This document shows positions 21,265-34,836 of a stretch of 64,000 nucleotides of DNA, one piece after another. The notes beneath the pieces are model-generated. The model saw nothing but the letters and a program-made list of their open reading frames with translations. It did not search any database and was not told the origin of the DNA. Numbering within the stretch: the stretch's first letter is position 1; the number at the start of each line of letters is the position of its first letter. A program made the translations under genes and the position numbers. This DNA comes from the human T2T-CHM13v2.0 reference genome, Homo sapiens: the NCBI RefSeq assembly GCF_009914755.1, contig NC_060938.1; one strand, 5' to 3'.

Positions 21265-22690
21265 GAAGATAATTTTAGGTAAAGTTAATGTAACACATCT
21301 TTCTATCATTCTTTAAATTGGCTTCACTAGCAATAGCTTAAGAGAGCTGAATTACAGAGTTATGGTAATAATCACCCCTACATTCCTACACATTATTATA
21401 AGAGAATTATAATAAATTAAGTTAGAAATGTATAAATTTAAACCAGCAAAGAATAGTATGAAAGAATTTATCAAATAGATGTAACAACAGAAATGTAAAT
21501 AATCTCTGTGCCAGCTCTACCCTTGGCAATTTATACTATACTCAGCAACAAAAGGGAAACAATTTAGAATGCTCAAGGGGAAACAAGTTGGAATGTTTCC
21601 AATCTTGGGGACCCAAGGTAAGGCAGTATGACTGACAGCCTGAGCTACTACCCGCCTAAGCTTTATTCTTAGCAGCCATGAACTACGTAAAACCAAAAAG
21701 TCATCCTTGCTTCATATGTGAATGGAGTTCAAATATCATGAACGAATGGAATAAGTCATTGAGTATTTTGAATACATGCTAATGAATGGACTGTAAACCA
21801 TTTGGTCCTGCCTCAGAAACACCACCCCAGTGTACACTAATATCTGCATAGATCCTGCCCTTCTTCTCCTACTCTTTTCCACCCAAGGCATCATTTAACC
21901 AAAAGTAGAAAAACTCTGAAAGTGTGCTTTCAAATCATTCCTGCTTAGGCCATCAACTTTTCTTTAGCCTAATAATGATGTGTTTACAGACTGTGTTTCT
22001 GGGTGACCCATGTCTGTCTGAGAGGACCAGGGGAGGAAAAAGATCTTTAGGTCACAAGTGAAATAATTTGATGGATGATCCCTTGGGTGCATAGATTAAT
22101 ACCCTGAAATGCTTTCCCATCACACATATGCTGCCACTAAGAATGAAGCCACTGACTTCACTTTCTATTTCCTGATGTTATACTCAATGACCTCTGTTTC
22201 AGAGAATGCGTTAAAGAGCCAGAGCAGTGCAATCTCATGCAAGCAGCTTATAAGACAGCTATTGGAGCACTTCAATATAAATATGAGAGGGAAAAAAAAT
22301 GGCACCTAGGAGCAGGACCAAGAGATACAGACTAGAAATTGGGTCTTGTCACAGGACTAGAGAAAATGGATTAGGATATTGAGCGAGGAACTGACATTTG
22401 GAGGCTCTTCAGTTGGAATCCCTTCCAGTTTCCAAAGTGCAGCCAAAAATGTGGGCAAAGCTGTCAAGGTTATGCTTTGCAATACTCTTCTAACCTTTGT
22501 GGAGCTGATGTAAATGATTTTACTCCATAAAATTAGGTTCTTAGTTTACATAGCAAAAGACACAAAAACTAAGGTGAATCAAGGTGGTGAAGCAGAGAAA
22601 CAAAACGACAACTTCCCAAGGCCCACGAAAGTTCAAAATTGGGGCACAGGTCCTTCTTTCCCACAATACCCAATACAGGATTAATTAGTC

Positions 22691-23057
22691 TGCTACAAAC
22701 TGAATGTGTGTGTCCCTCTAAAATTTGTATGTTGAAACCTAATCCCTAATATGACGGTATTTGGAAGCAAGGCCTTTGGGAGGTGATTAAGTCATGAGAG
22801 CAGAGAACTCATGAATAGGATTAATGCCTTTATAAAAGAGACCCCAAGAGAGCTCCCTTGCCCTTTCTGTCATGTGAGAATACAGTGATAAGACAGGAAT
22901 CTATAAACCAGCAAGGGTGCCCTCAGCAGACACAGAATCATCCAGTGCCTTGATCTTGGATTTCCCAGTCTCCAGAACTGTGAGAAATAAGTATTTGTTG
23001 TTGTTAAACCACCCAATCTATGATATTCTGTTATAGCAACCCAGATGGACTAAGACA
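22691..23057 (+). mobile_element. MLT1A0 MaLR solo LTR
   Basis: tgctacaaactgaatgtgtgtgtccc...ccttgatcttggatttcccagtctccagaactgtgagaaataa...gactaagaca. Confidence 0.92.
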
Positions 23058-23426
23058 GACAAAATCTAAGGATGACCAAAGGAGACACATTCAAGCTCAC
23101 ATTCAGGGATGGAAAGTAAGAAGGAAAGATGTAAAAGAACAATAGACCCTTTGAAATGGGAGACCAGATCCTCATAGGCATCTACAATCTCTTTATAAAG
23201 AGACAGTAGGCACCCTTCAGCAGACCTTAATCCAGTGCAGCAGTGGCATTTGCACACAGACCCAGCCAAGAGCACCAGGGAAAAGCTGGAATACTAAGCC
23301 TGCAATAAGCACTGCCCAGTACGAAGAATACCTTTTAAAATTAGAGGGTCCTGAAGCAGACATTTCTGCCAAATCTCAGGGTTGGCCTCAGGCCTTCAAA
23401 CAAGTTACATAAAACAGAGAAGCTAT

Positions 23427-23576
23427 ATTCTCAGGAAAAATAGCTAATGCATGCTGGGCTTAATACCTAGGTGATGGGTCGATAGGTGCAACAAATCACC
23501 ATGACACATATTTACCTATGTAACAAACCTGCACATCTTGCACATGTACCCTGCAACTTAAAATAAAAAATAAAAT
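23427..23576 (+). mobile_element. 5'-truncated L1PA10-13-type 3' end (150 bp)
   Basis: aatagctaatgcatgctgggcttaatacctagg... plus A-rich tail; TSD aaaa(c/g)agagaagctat at 23411-23426 and 23577-23592. Confidence 0.93.
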
Positions 23577-24149
23577 AAAAGAGAGAAGCTATGCTTTTTT
23601 TGCCACACACTGACCTGCGAATGGTGTGAAATATACTGCTTTAGCCTGAATTGAATATGATTCCAGGTGTGCCTGAACAGCTCTCAGCAAATCTGCCTCT
23701 TGCACAGCACACTACTCTTCCCTTCCCTGGACCTGAAGGTGGTACATGGCCATTATAGACAAGATGCTAAAACCTACAGCAAGCAAAAACAAAGGCATTT
23801 TTTTTTTACCCCTTATAGACTGGAGCCTTGACAAGCTTTCTTTCTTCTTGAGTATACTACAAGGTACTTTTTTGTCTTTCCATAAACAACAACCAAAGAG
23901 AAAGAGAGAGAAAGTAAGCACTTTGTTTATAGAAGTCAATTTTTTTTAATTTAGCAAACACTGAGCACCTATTTTTGCCAGGCATTTTAGGAAACATCTT
24001 AAAAAATAGCATAAATCTAAAAATCAGATGGTACTTCCAGCTAAAGCCTTCCAGAATTTTGTTGTTTTCGAATTGGAAGTGCTAGGGAATGTTAGGAACA
24101 GATGGTCTCAAAAGGATATCAGAAAATGGGTGCCCCAGGAATGAGAATG

Positions 24150-24420
24150 TGATTGCTCTTACCATCTATTGCCTAAAACATCACAGTAAATTCCAAATTG
24201 GTGCCTCTGCATCCTTTCCATTATCGCCTTTCAAATCCATTCTTCTCATGCTATCAAATCTATCTTTTAAAAAAAAAATCAGTCTTAGCATTTCACTTCC
24301 TCCTCTTTTCTTCTCTGAATAATCCTACATAAAGTCAAAATTTCTTGTCATTGCATCCCAACCCTTTTCTCATCTGGCTCTGACTCATCTTTTCAATTTC
24401 CTCCCCTCCTCTGCAAAGGC
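24150..24420 (+). mobile_element. L2 fragment
   Basis: cctttcaaatccattcttctcatgc...atcttttaaaa...ataaagtcaaaatttctt. Confidence 0.5.
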
Positions 24421-25084
24421 TAACATATCTCCCCTAGTCTACAAACAAGAAGTCTGTAAAATGCTATTAATATTGTTATAACTTCATAATGTCTGTAGCA
24501 GCTGAGACAATAATATGGTAGGCTTTTCCCAGAAATAGTCTTGTCAAAACCCCAATGGAACCAATGGCTGGACACTGATCCAAAATACAGTCCTTAAATT
24601 AAGAAGCATTCTCGCTGCTATGAGCAGTGGGATTTTTAGGAAAGCTACTTAGAATATTGTTTGTGCTGCAATGAAGGAGATTCAAGCCAGGATTTTAATG
24701 AATGTCATAAAATCTGCTGAGAATAAGCAGTGACCCAAAACCCTAACCTACTACTAGTCTGCGTTGTGACAATGCAATGGTTCAAAATGGACCCCAGGGT
24801 CTTGTACTGCCATTGTTCTTTCTGAGTGTCCCCCTTAATTGCTGGGACAGCCATAAATAAAGTTGCAAAATAGACAGTCTTCCTTGGGCTTAGAAAAAAG
24901 GAGTGAGAGAAAGTTACTTTCCTTTGTAGCTTGCCCACCCTCTGACCTGAACCCCTCATGCCGCTGTCCCGGACTTTCACACTGTGCACCATGCATAATA
25001 GTTAATGTTCGCTCTTAAAGTACCCTCTTCTCCACCCAATATGATTCACGTTCTCTCAATGTCCCACTCCCATCTAGAAGTTGA

Positions 25085-25522
25085 TTGGACATTGGTCCCA
25101 AATGCTCCCCATAATAGGATTATACATCCATGCCCTTTGCTATGTCACTTGCTAGTGCCCTCCCACTGTGGGTGAAAAACACTTTCCTGCCCCTTTGATA
25201 TTGGCCATGTTTTGGCCAATGAATGTCAGTGGATGTGAAATGAGCAGATACCTTAAATGGGCTTTTGTAGTTTGACTTGTGCTTTTGTGCTGCTGTGATT
25301 TGCCATGAGAAAAATAACACCCCTAGGTAGCTGCTTGTCCAAGGAGAAATGAGAAAATTGAGGATAGCAGACATAAACACAACTAATCCCAGCCAAGCAC
25401 ATCAGAGCCACAGCCTACCCACAGTTCCATGACCAAAAATATATAAATGCTTGGCTTTGGAAGACACTGAGTTTTTGAGATGGTTTATTACACAGAATTA
25501 TTGTACAATAACTGAATTGAAC
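25085..25522 (+). mobile_element. MLT1I/H-type LTR
   Basis: tatacatccatgccctttgctatgtcacttgc...tttggccaatgaatgtcagtgg...aaatgcttggctttggaagacactgag. Confidence 0.75.
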
Positions 25523-25782
25523 ACTTAAAAAATTAATTTGTATCAAGGCAATAATAAATACTACCTACCATCTATATGCCAGGTTTGGGGGCATTTTTTA
25601 TTCTTTCTCATGTCTGCTCATCTGATACATGCCAGTTTTTTATCTGTGAAATGAAAATAAGAACAACCTAAGTCAAATAATTATAGCAAGAAATAAGTAA
25701 GTTAATAATTGCAAAACTCTTAGGAGTTGGCACACAGAAAAACACAATATAGTTATTTTGAGATTGTGGTCATTGTTTTGTA

Positions 25783-27125
25783 AAGACTATTTTTTGGAGT
25801 AGTTTTAGTTCACAGCAAAGTTGAGACGAAGCTAGAGAGATACCCAATATACCCTCTGCCTCAAACATTTCCTATTCTATTATCAATATCCCCCACCAGA
25901 GGGACATTAGTTGCAGTTGATGAACCTACCTTGACACATTATTATTGCCCAGAGTCCATAGTTTGCATTAGGGTTCACTCTTACAGTCTACAGGTTTGGA
26001 ACAAATACAGAATGTATCCACCATTAGAGTATTATATAGAGTATTTTGTATGTTCTAAAAATCCTCTGCTCCACCTATTTGTCTCTCCTTCCCCCAACCC
26101 CTGGTAACCACTGATCTTACTGTCTCCATAGTTTTTTATTTTCGAGAATGTCATATAGCTGAGATTACAGTATGTAACCTTCTCAGACTGGTTTCTTTCA
26201 CTTAATAATATGTGTTTCTTTTCCTCTATGTCTTTCCATAACTTGATAGCTCATCTATTTTTAGTGCAGAATAAAATTCTACTGTCTGGAGGTACCTCGG
26301 TTTATTTATTCACCTACTGAAAAAGATCTTGATTGCATCCAAGTTTTGGCAATTATTAATAGAGTCACTATAAACATTCATGTGCAGGATTTTGTGTGAA
26401 CACAAGTTTTCAACTCCTTTGGATAAATACCAAGGAGTATGATTGCTGGATCATATGGTAAGAGTATGTTTAGTTTCATAGGAAACTGCCCAACCGTCTT
26501 CCAAACTGGCTGTACCATCTTGCATTCTCACCAGCAGTGAAGTTTCTGTTGCTCCACATTCCCACCAGTATTTGGTGTTGTCAGTGTTCTGGATTTTAGT
26601 CATTCTAATAGGTATGTGGTGATAACTCATTGCTGTTTTAATCTGCATTTCCCTAATGATATATGATATGGAGCATATTTTTATATGCATATTTTCCATC
26701 TATAAATCTTCCTTGATGAGGTGTCTGTTAAGGTCTTTGACCCATTTTTTAATCATATTTGTTTTCTTATTATTGAGTTTTAAGATTTACTTGTGTATTT
26801 TGGATAACAGTCCTTGATACATTTTTTGCAAATATTTTCTCCCAGTCTGTGGCTTGTCTCTTCATTCTCTTGACAGTAGCTTTCACAGAGTAGAAATTTT
26901 TTATTTTCATGAAGTCTAGTTTGTCAATTCTTTTATGGATAATACATTTAGTGTCATATCTAAAAAGTCATTGCCAAACCCAATGTTACTTAAATTTTTT
27001 CCTATGTTAACTTCTAGTTTTATAGTTTTATGCTTTACATTTAGATTTGTGATCTGTCTTGATTAATTTTTGTGAAGGGTATAAGATTTGTCTATATTAA
27101 TTTTTTGCATGTGGATGTCCAGTGA
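25783..27125 (-). mobile_element. L1MC1-type LINE 3' portion
   Basis: gtagttttagttcacagcaaagttgag...; minus-strand ORF 26451-26699 resembles the ORF2 C-terminus (REMQIKT). Confidence 0.88.
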
Positions 27126-28187
27126 TCATTATTTAACCTATTGTCTTTCCAAGTTTATTTGTATTTTCAGATGTTTTCCCTAAATAGTATGATTGAATTT
27201 ATAAGTACAGCTTCTAGTTGAGACCTCCTAGGTACTCTCTGTCCAATAATAAACTGCTATGCAGTTGTGCCTGTTTGAGAAGTCTCAAAAAGTAGAAAAA
27301 TTTAGGGATGAATAACTGAAAGGAGAGGAAACACAAGAGGATTTACACTGAGAATTCAGAAGAAGGTAAGTTGATTGGCATATATCTTATAACTGGTAGG
27401 CTCCTTTCTAACCTCCCTTGACTTACACAACCAAAGCAAGCCTTAATAAGTTCTTCCTGGCATTAATCATTTGCCTCCAACAAGCCTCTGACTCACAACT
27501 CTTCAAAGTTGACCTTTGAAGGAAGCATTACTATCTCCTAGGAAGACAGAGGGACTCAGTCAGAATTATCACTGATTCCTCCAGATCATTTCCTAAAGGA
27601 ATCTATTTCTTTGACTAAATGCTGACTAAATATGACTGTCAAAGCCAGAATGATTCCAAAAGGAACCTTGCCCTTTTCTTTCTCTAAACACTTTAAGTGA
27701 CTGGACCCAAACGACTTCATGCTCAGTTACACAGCAGTTTTATTTGCAGTGTTTTAAAATAGGACAGCACTTTCACCCAAATAAATAAATTTCTAATGGT
27801 GAACTTGGAAGCACTGTGGCAAGTAAATAATGGAGAGACATCTGAGGGGGAGAGGAAGTTTTATAAGGCCCTGAAAACCACACCAAACATCTGTCCTCTT
27901 ATTTCATCTGCTCACCAAAACAATCATGGTGACTACATCAGAACAAACTACAAAAAGATTTAAAGTGGTTTCTGAAGAACCTGTAAAGTTGTAATTTCTT
28001 CTCTTAGTAAAAGTAACAGGTCAATGTGAATAGTTTTCATCACTCCTTGGGCCTCAAGATTCAGAGTTCTATCCTCATGTATGTCTACTCTGAAGGAATC
28101 TAATGTTTTCTATAAGAAAATGGAAGGACATTTTAAGTCACCTATTATGTCCTCTGCTAGGAGATTTACAATGTCATAAAGTAGGCA

Positions 28188-29030
28188 CAGGGTCAGCTTC
28201 ATGGGCAGGTGACAAGTGCAATCACATAAAGCCCTGCGCTCAAAAGGGTCCTGAACTTGGCTAAAAGCTCTGCTGTTAAGAATCTTGAATTTGAGTGTGT
28301 GTTTTATACATGAATTCCCATAAGACAATAGAGCATACATATCGCAGAGTATTTGCTATATACTCTGCACATGCCAGACATAACTTGCCACCTCATTTGC
28401 ATATAGTCTTCATAGCTTCCATAACATGCTTCTTTCACTTTAAGTCTTACTAAAATACAATGCATAGTGGATCCACCACAATTCTGTGTTCATGTTCTAT
28501 ACTTCACATCTAAAACTGAGTAAGTGATGTCACTGACAGATCGGAGAGTTTATGTTTTTCCTTTGAACCAAAACTTGCTTGGAATGCAGAAAAGGGTAAT
28601 GGTGTTCTAAGAAACACAAATGACCAACGAACCCTATTACATCCTTTTTTATTCGAGTCACTTCCCAGTACCACTACCGCTGAAAATGATGACTTAGAAA
28701 AAAAAAGAAAAATAAAGCAACCCACAGTTCCTTTTCATTTCAATCTTTCCTTACACATCAGTAAGCTGAAGTAGAGAGTATTGGTAGAATATGTGCATAT
28801 AAAGAAGTGAAGTAAAAGTTAGTTTTATGCCATTTTTTCTTACTGTTTTGTTAAGAATGAAATATATATGCAGGTATGACCTATAAAATGTTGTTGATTC
28901 CATATGAGTTAAATGCCATTATATTTGCATTTATAATTATATATTATAAATATATATTGGTACTATACAATATAGAGAATGGTGAAATTCATGCCAATAA
29001 CTTGACATTTTAATTTTTCTGTATACTTAA
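28188..29030 (+). mobile_element. MER45-family hAT-Tip100 DNA transposon, right end missing
   Basis: Left terminus cagggtcagcttcatgggcaggtgacaagtgcaatcac...gccctgcgctcaaaaggg; no matching right TIR. Confidence 0.75.
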
Positions 29031-29038
29031 CAATTATA

Positions 29039-29131
29039 CCATGTGGAACTGTAAGTCCATTAAACCTCTGTCTTTTGTAAATTGCCCAATCTCAGGTATG
29101 TCTATCAGGAGTGTGGAAATGGACTCATACA
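29039..29131 (+). mobile_element. THE1 LTR 3' fragment
   Basis: ccatgtggaactgtaagtccattaaacctct...ggactcataca, followed by agtca. Confidence 0.88.
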
Positions 29132-29686
29132 AGTCACTAGCCACAGAAAGCATCACTTCCTTGTGTCCCTCTTAAAAGTGGGACCTCTAGATACTCTTGT
29201 TACAATTTGATGAAGTCAGTGATTATCAGGGAGTCTGCAGAAGTTTGAAATATCCTGAGAGCTTATAGTTACAGAATTTTGTGTCAGTAGGAATGTTCCT
29301 CTTTAAAGCTGAAGAAATTAATATAAACATGTAGAATCAATTATTTGTGAGGTTATTACCATAAGATTTGGCAAATAGGTGATATATAAGGATTTGACCT
29401 AATATCTCACAGGGAAGAATTTGTAAATTAAATTGCATGCTGATTAACTGCAACATTTGGCTTGAGATAAAATTTTAATGACTGAAACTTTTGTTGATAC
29501 CATAAATATTGCAACAGAGGATTTGAATGGCAAAGAACTTTTCAGTCTATGTAGCATGGCCTAACAAGAAGGTGCTCTGATTCTAGTGACTAGTTCTTTT
29601 GGCAGAAATATTCCTAGAAAGGAGAAAGAATTTTAAATTCAGCTCCCATTGTTTTGTGGACATATTCTGTAAGAATATCCAGTGAT

Positions 29687-30484
29687 CGCATTCCTATTTC
29701 CCAGAACCCCGTTTGGGCAGATGTTACTGAACCTGTGAATCAAATGCCAGGAGTGAGGGGCTGGGGAGGGACCTAACTGGAGCCTCAGTCTGACATTCCA
29801 CGCTGGGGTGGGGGTGGACATGAGCAGTGGGAACTGAGGCTGCCCAGGACCCCCTTCCTAGGATGCCCCGGCTTCAGTCACCCCGCTTTAACTTTCTACC
29901 AGGACCCCCTCCCCCTACCTCACCTTGCTATTTATTGATGTAATTTATTGACCTCAAAAATGCTGCATAACAGACCTCACTGGGGCAGGAAGGATCCCCA
30001 GAGCTCCCACCCTCCACTTGGGGGGTCCCGTGGGGCCAGGTGCTGAGGGGAGCCTCTCTACCCCACCCATCACTAGCTTCCCTCTGCCCTCCCCCACCCC
30101 GGCGGGGCCCAGGTTGGGCACTGGCTCATTTCTCGCAAATACCTTGAAGGGGAGTGGGGAGGGATGGGGTTATAGCTGTTTTGTTTAATTCGAACTGGAA
30201 GAGGGATCATGTTTTGTTTTATGCCCTTCCCAGAAGGGGGGAGGGACACCGGGATAGCACTCCTGTACTGGCCACCGCCGCTGTCACTCGTCACATTGAG
30301 CTCACGTCCCTTGAGAGTTTGTATAAATTCAGGTCAGAGCTGCAGCTACACAGTTGCCCAGTGCCATAGAAAAGCAATTCACCAACAACTATCTCTCCAT
30401 TCAGAAGTGTGCAGTCTTAATGCACAGCGACGAGAAACTGTTATTTTATGATCTTTTCATTAAAAGCTTGATTGAAAAAAATAA
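29687..30484 (+). pseudogene. 5'-truncated retrocopy of an unidentified GC-rich mRNA 3'UTR
   Basis: Perfect 16-bp TSD aagaatatccagtgat at 29671-29686 and 30485-30500; ATTAAA at 30459-30464; A-tail 30475-30484; sharp GC rise against the flanks. Confidence 0.88.
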
Positions 30485-30813
30485 AAGAATATCCAGTGAT
30501 ATGCCGTCTAATTCTACTCTCATGAAACTATGGTTGGATTTTAACTTAGTCTCTTGAAAGTCTTAATATTTTGAGCAATGGCAGGTCTACTTCTCATTGT
30601 AAATTAATAAATTGAGTTTTTGGGTTAAGAGCAATGCTGTTGTGAGTTTGACATCTAGTGGGAATGATTGACCTCCTAGAGACTCATCACTTCTGGGTGA
30701 CTTGATAAAATTGAGTTTATTAACTTGGAAAGCAAAGGATATATGCCTTCCAATCTCAACAAGATACAAATGTCTTATGTCAGGACATCTACCTATCAGG
30801 TTGAGGAGGTCAT

Positions 30814-31324
30814 TGCATTAGTTATCTATTGCTGTGTAATAAATGACTCCAAAACTTTGTCACTTTAAACAATAAACATTTATTATCTTACAGTTTCTGT
30901 GGGTCAGAAATTCCAAAGCAGTTTGGCTAGGTGATTCTATCTTTGGGTCTCTCATGAGGTTGCAATCAAAATGTAAGCCAGGGCTACAGTCATCAAAAAG
31001 CTTGATGGAGGCTGGAGGATTTGCTTCCAAAGTAGCTTGCTCAGGTGCTGGCAAGTTGGTCTTGACAACACATGGTGGGCCTTAATTCCTTCTCACTTGG
31101 GACTTTCAACAGTAACGTCATGACATGGAAAATGACATCCCCCATAGCTAGTAATCTGAGACAGAACAAGGCAGAAATGGCACTATCTTTTATTTCTGCA
31201 ATATTCTTTTTATCACACAAGCTAGCCATGATTCAACGTGGAAGAAGACTACCTAAGGTCATGGAAATGAGAAGGACCAGGAGGCAATGATTATGGGGGT
31301 AATCTTGGAAGGCTGGTTATCACA
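30814..31324 (-). mobile_element. MLT1F/H-type LTR
   Basis: tgcattagttatctattgctgtgtaataaat...aaacaataaacatttattatcttacagtttctgtgggtcagaaatt. Confidence 0.85.
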
Positions 31325-32260
31325 ATCAGTTTTTTGCATAACTATACTTATTATATTGTATGTATTTAATAGGTGTGTTTTACTCTAAATTGGAATAATC
31401 ATTTCTCGGGCTCCATCTTCTAAATAAGAACATCATTTGTTTTTAGTGTCTTCTTATACAGTGGCTTACAACTTTTTTCTCCTGTGGGAATTTCTTTTCT
31501 GGCTCTTGCGCTATTGAGACCAGATAAACAAGTTTTTGGTATAAGGAGAATCATAATTTCTCTCATATTTAAAAACATTCTACGATGATATAGTACATTT
31601 GAGTTTCTTCTAAAAGTCCCTGGTTGTGTGTCTTTGCATCTTCCATTTGTCATTTTATTCTTTCTTTGTAGCAGTGAGAGTCCATGCATTTAAAAAATCA
31701 AAAGGAATATTTTTAGGACTTCATGTAGTGTAATTTTTAAACCCATAAATACAGTTTATGTTTATGCATGTCTTCTCAACTTGTTTGAATAAGAATATTT
31801 ATGTAGTGTTATTCCTACTCTCTCAGGAATGTATTACGGAAATTATTATCATTGAAAAATTCATTGTTTTTCTGACAGTAACATCTTTTCTGCATCATTC
31901 TTAGAGGAAATTTTCTTGACAGCAGTATTTGTGTTCTATGTCTGGAAATATCTATAAAATATATCCAATTCTCTGAAAATCTTGAAGAGTTGCTGTGATA
32001 AGATTTTTGACACAAATATTTCACATTTCTAGCTTTGACAGTAACTCCATAATTCTAGGGGAGGAAACAAATAAGAGCACATATATATATTAAAAAGTAC
32101 ATGAGATATATTATACACATCTCTCTCTATATATATATAGATGTGTGTGTGTATGTATGTATGTGTGTATGTATTTGTATATATGGTTGATGACTTCCCT
32201 TTCTAGAAGGCAAAAGGCAAGAACTATTCTGGCTTTAGAAAAACATTTCCCCCTGCTGGT

Positions 32261-32314
32261 GTGGAGTTACAATTCAAGATGAGATTTGGGTGGGGACACA
32301 GCCAAACCATATCA
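32261..32314 (-). mobile_element. THE1 LTR 5' fragment
   Basis: ggagttacaattcaagatgagatttgggtggggacacagccaaaccatatca, followed by tgact. Confidence 0.9.
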
Positions 32315-32817
32315 TGACTCCTTCTGAAGGTGTGTCCACATTGGTGAAGCCTGCAAGCATGGTAGTTTCCAGAGGTCTTTAAATTAATCAAAATAGAGCT
32401 ATAACAGTTATAAGACACACTGAAATACATCCCTAAGTTTTCAGAGAGAGCACTGATAGATACACTTCCTACCATATTTCTTCACTTTACTTCAGAAACA
32501 GCCTGCGGATCTGTCCCAATCATTCCAGTATGTTTCTGTGTTAAAAGTGCTGCTGGAACAAAGCCCTCAATTTTTCTATCCCTCTGGATGCTTCTCCTCC
32601 ATATAAATGTAAAATCACACTTGGGTATTCCCCATCAGGAAAGTTTCTATGCCTTTGCTTTTCACTTTTTTCCTACTCCTACTCCTCCTCCCCCAATCAA
32701 ATTCTTATCTCAGCTGCTTTATCCTCAAGAGAGCTAATTCATTTACTGTCTGATAATCTGTTTAATGTGTTAACCTGTCTAGACATATTTCAGGATTCAG
32801 GAGCCTCTAATAAGGTC

Positions 32818-33340
32818 ATGAGTTTCAAACTTCAGTATGTATAGGGATCATTAAGAGCTTATTTAAAGGCTGGGAATGGTGGCTCATGCCTGTAATCCCA
32901 GCACTTTAGGAGGCCGAGACAGGCAGATCATTTGAGGTCAGGAGTTTGAGACCAGCCTGGCCAAAATGGTGAAACTCCATCTCTACTAAGAATACAAAAC
33001 TTAGCTGGGTGTGGTGCTGCATGCCTGTAATCCCGGCTACTCAGGAGGCTGAGGCAGGAGAATCACTTGAACCCAGGAGACAGAGGTTGCACTGAGCTGA
33101 GATGGTACCACTGCACTCCAGCCTGGGCAACAGAGTGAGATTCCAACTCAAAAATAAAAAAGAGAGAGAGAGAGCAAGCTTATTTAAAATGCTATTCCCT
33201 GGTCTCACTCCTATACATTTTTAATCCATAAATCTAAGGTAGGGCCCAGAAACCTGCATTTATAACAAACAACCCCCCACCCCCATTCCCCATGTTACTT
33301 ATAGAAATGATCCAGAAACCCCTTGTTGAGGAAATGCTAT
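32818..33340. mobile_element. MER5A-like element split by an Alu
   Basis: tttcaaacttcagtatgtatagggatca... / ...ggtagggcccagaaacctgcattttataacaa. Confidence 0.6.
32868..33176 (+). mobile_element. AluSz/Sx
   Basis: TSD agcttatttaaa at 32856-32867 and 33177-33188. Confidence 0.95.
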
Positions 33341-34446
33341 AAAGGAAGACAATTTAGAACTAAGGGAGTCTAGGTTATCAGAAACTACTGGTGACTATAG
33401 TTCCCTACTTCTATCTTCAACCTGTTTCTTACAACTAAACTTGCAATTACAGGTTTTCATTTGCTAAAGAGTTGCATAATCCTGTTGTTCACCCTGCAAA
33501 TCCAGACACACAAAAGTCCACCTTTTTAACAGGCATATAAATTGCATCTTGGTTCAGATGGCTTTCATTTTAAAGTCAGATTTTTGTTCTCAAGTCCCGA
33601 CACTTATTCTAGTGGCATAATTGATCTATATGCCATGATTCCTGACTTGAGGCTTTTTCCCATTCCGTCCTTTCAGTATTGCCTTCCCACCAGGATTTCC
33701 AAGCTCAATATGCTATCCTCTGAGGTCACAGACCTCACTCACTGACCCATTCTGCTGACCGACAGCCTTGATGATGACTCTCCTGAGTCACTGCTTTTCC
33801 TGAGGTGGTTAAGGGACCACTTATATCTTAAAATCTGAGTTTTGGGATGGAACCCAAAAACACATATGTTTAATAAGTTCCCCAGGTATACTTGATATAA
33901 GAATCACTGGTATTGAGAAGTTTCTCAAAATTGTCTAATGATATAAGTCACCTGGACACTGGGTGGAAAATATAGTTTCCCAGATGTCATTTTCTGGCTA
34001 ATATGAATGAGGAGGGATGGGCTCTATTTTTGACAAGTGCTCTAAGTATTTCTAATAAATGGGCAGTTTGAGAAACTCGGGCATAAAGTATCGATATAAG
34101 GCTTTAACGTAAAGATATCTTTCTAAGTTCAGTTTTATACTAGTTTGAACATTAAAGCTAGGAGAATGAAGATAGCCAGTATTAGAGAAGTAATCCTCAG
34201 AAGATAACAAGTAGCTTATCAAGAAGTCTTGCACTTACATTTTATCTTTCACATGCAAATATCTTAAGTGGTAATGAAGGAATTTTTTAAAATGGGTCCT
34301 TATAAAAAGAGTGAGTTGTTTCAGTGCCCTTTTAAAAGATGAATCATTCCATTCTTTAAATCATGTTTCAAATTTAGCCTTGCAAATAGCATTTGAATGG
34401 GAAAACTTAGGGTACATATACTATAAATATAAAAATAGGCTATTCA

Positions 34447-34836
<390 letters not shown>

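Noticed and set aside
32245-32262. CTCF-like ccagcagggggaa at the inversion breakpoint
   Set aside because: Lacks the conserved GGC; the motif alone is too weak
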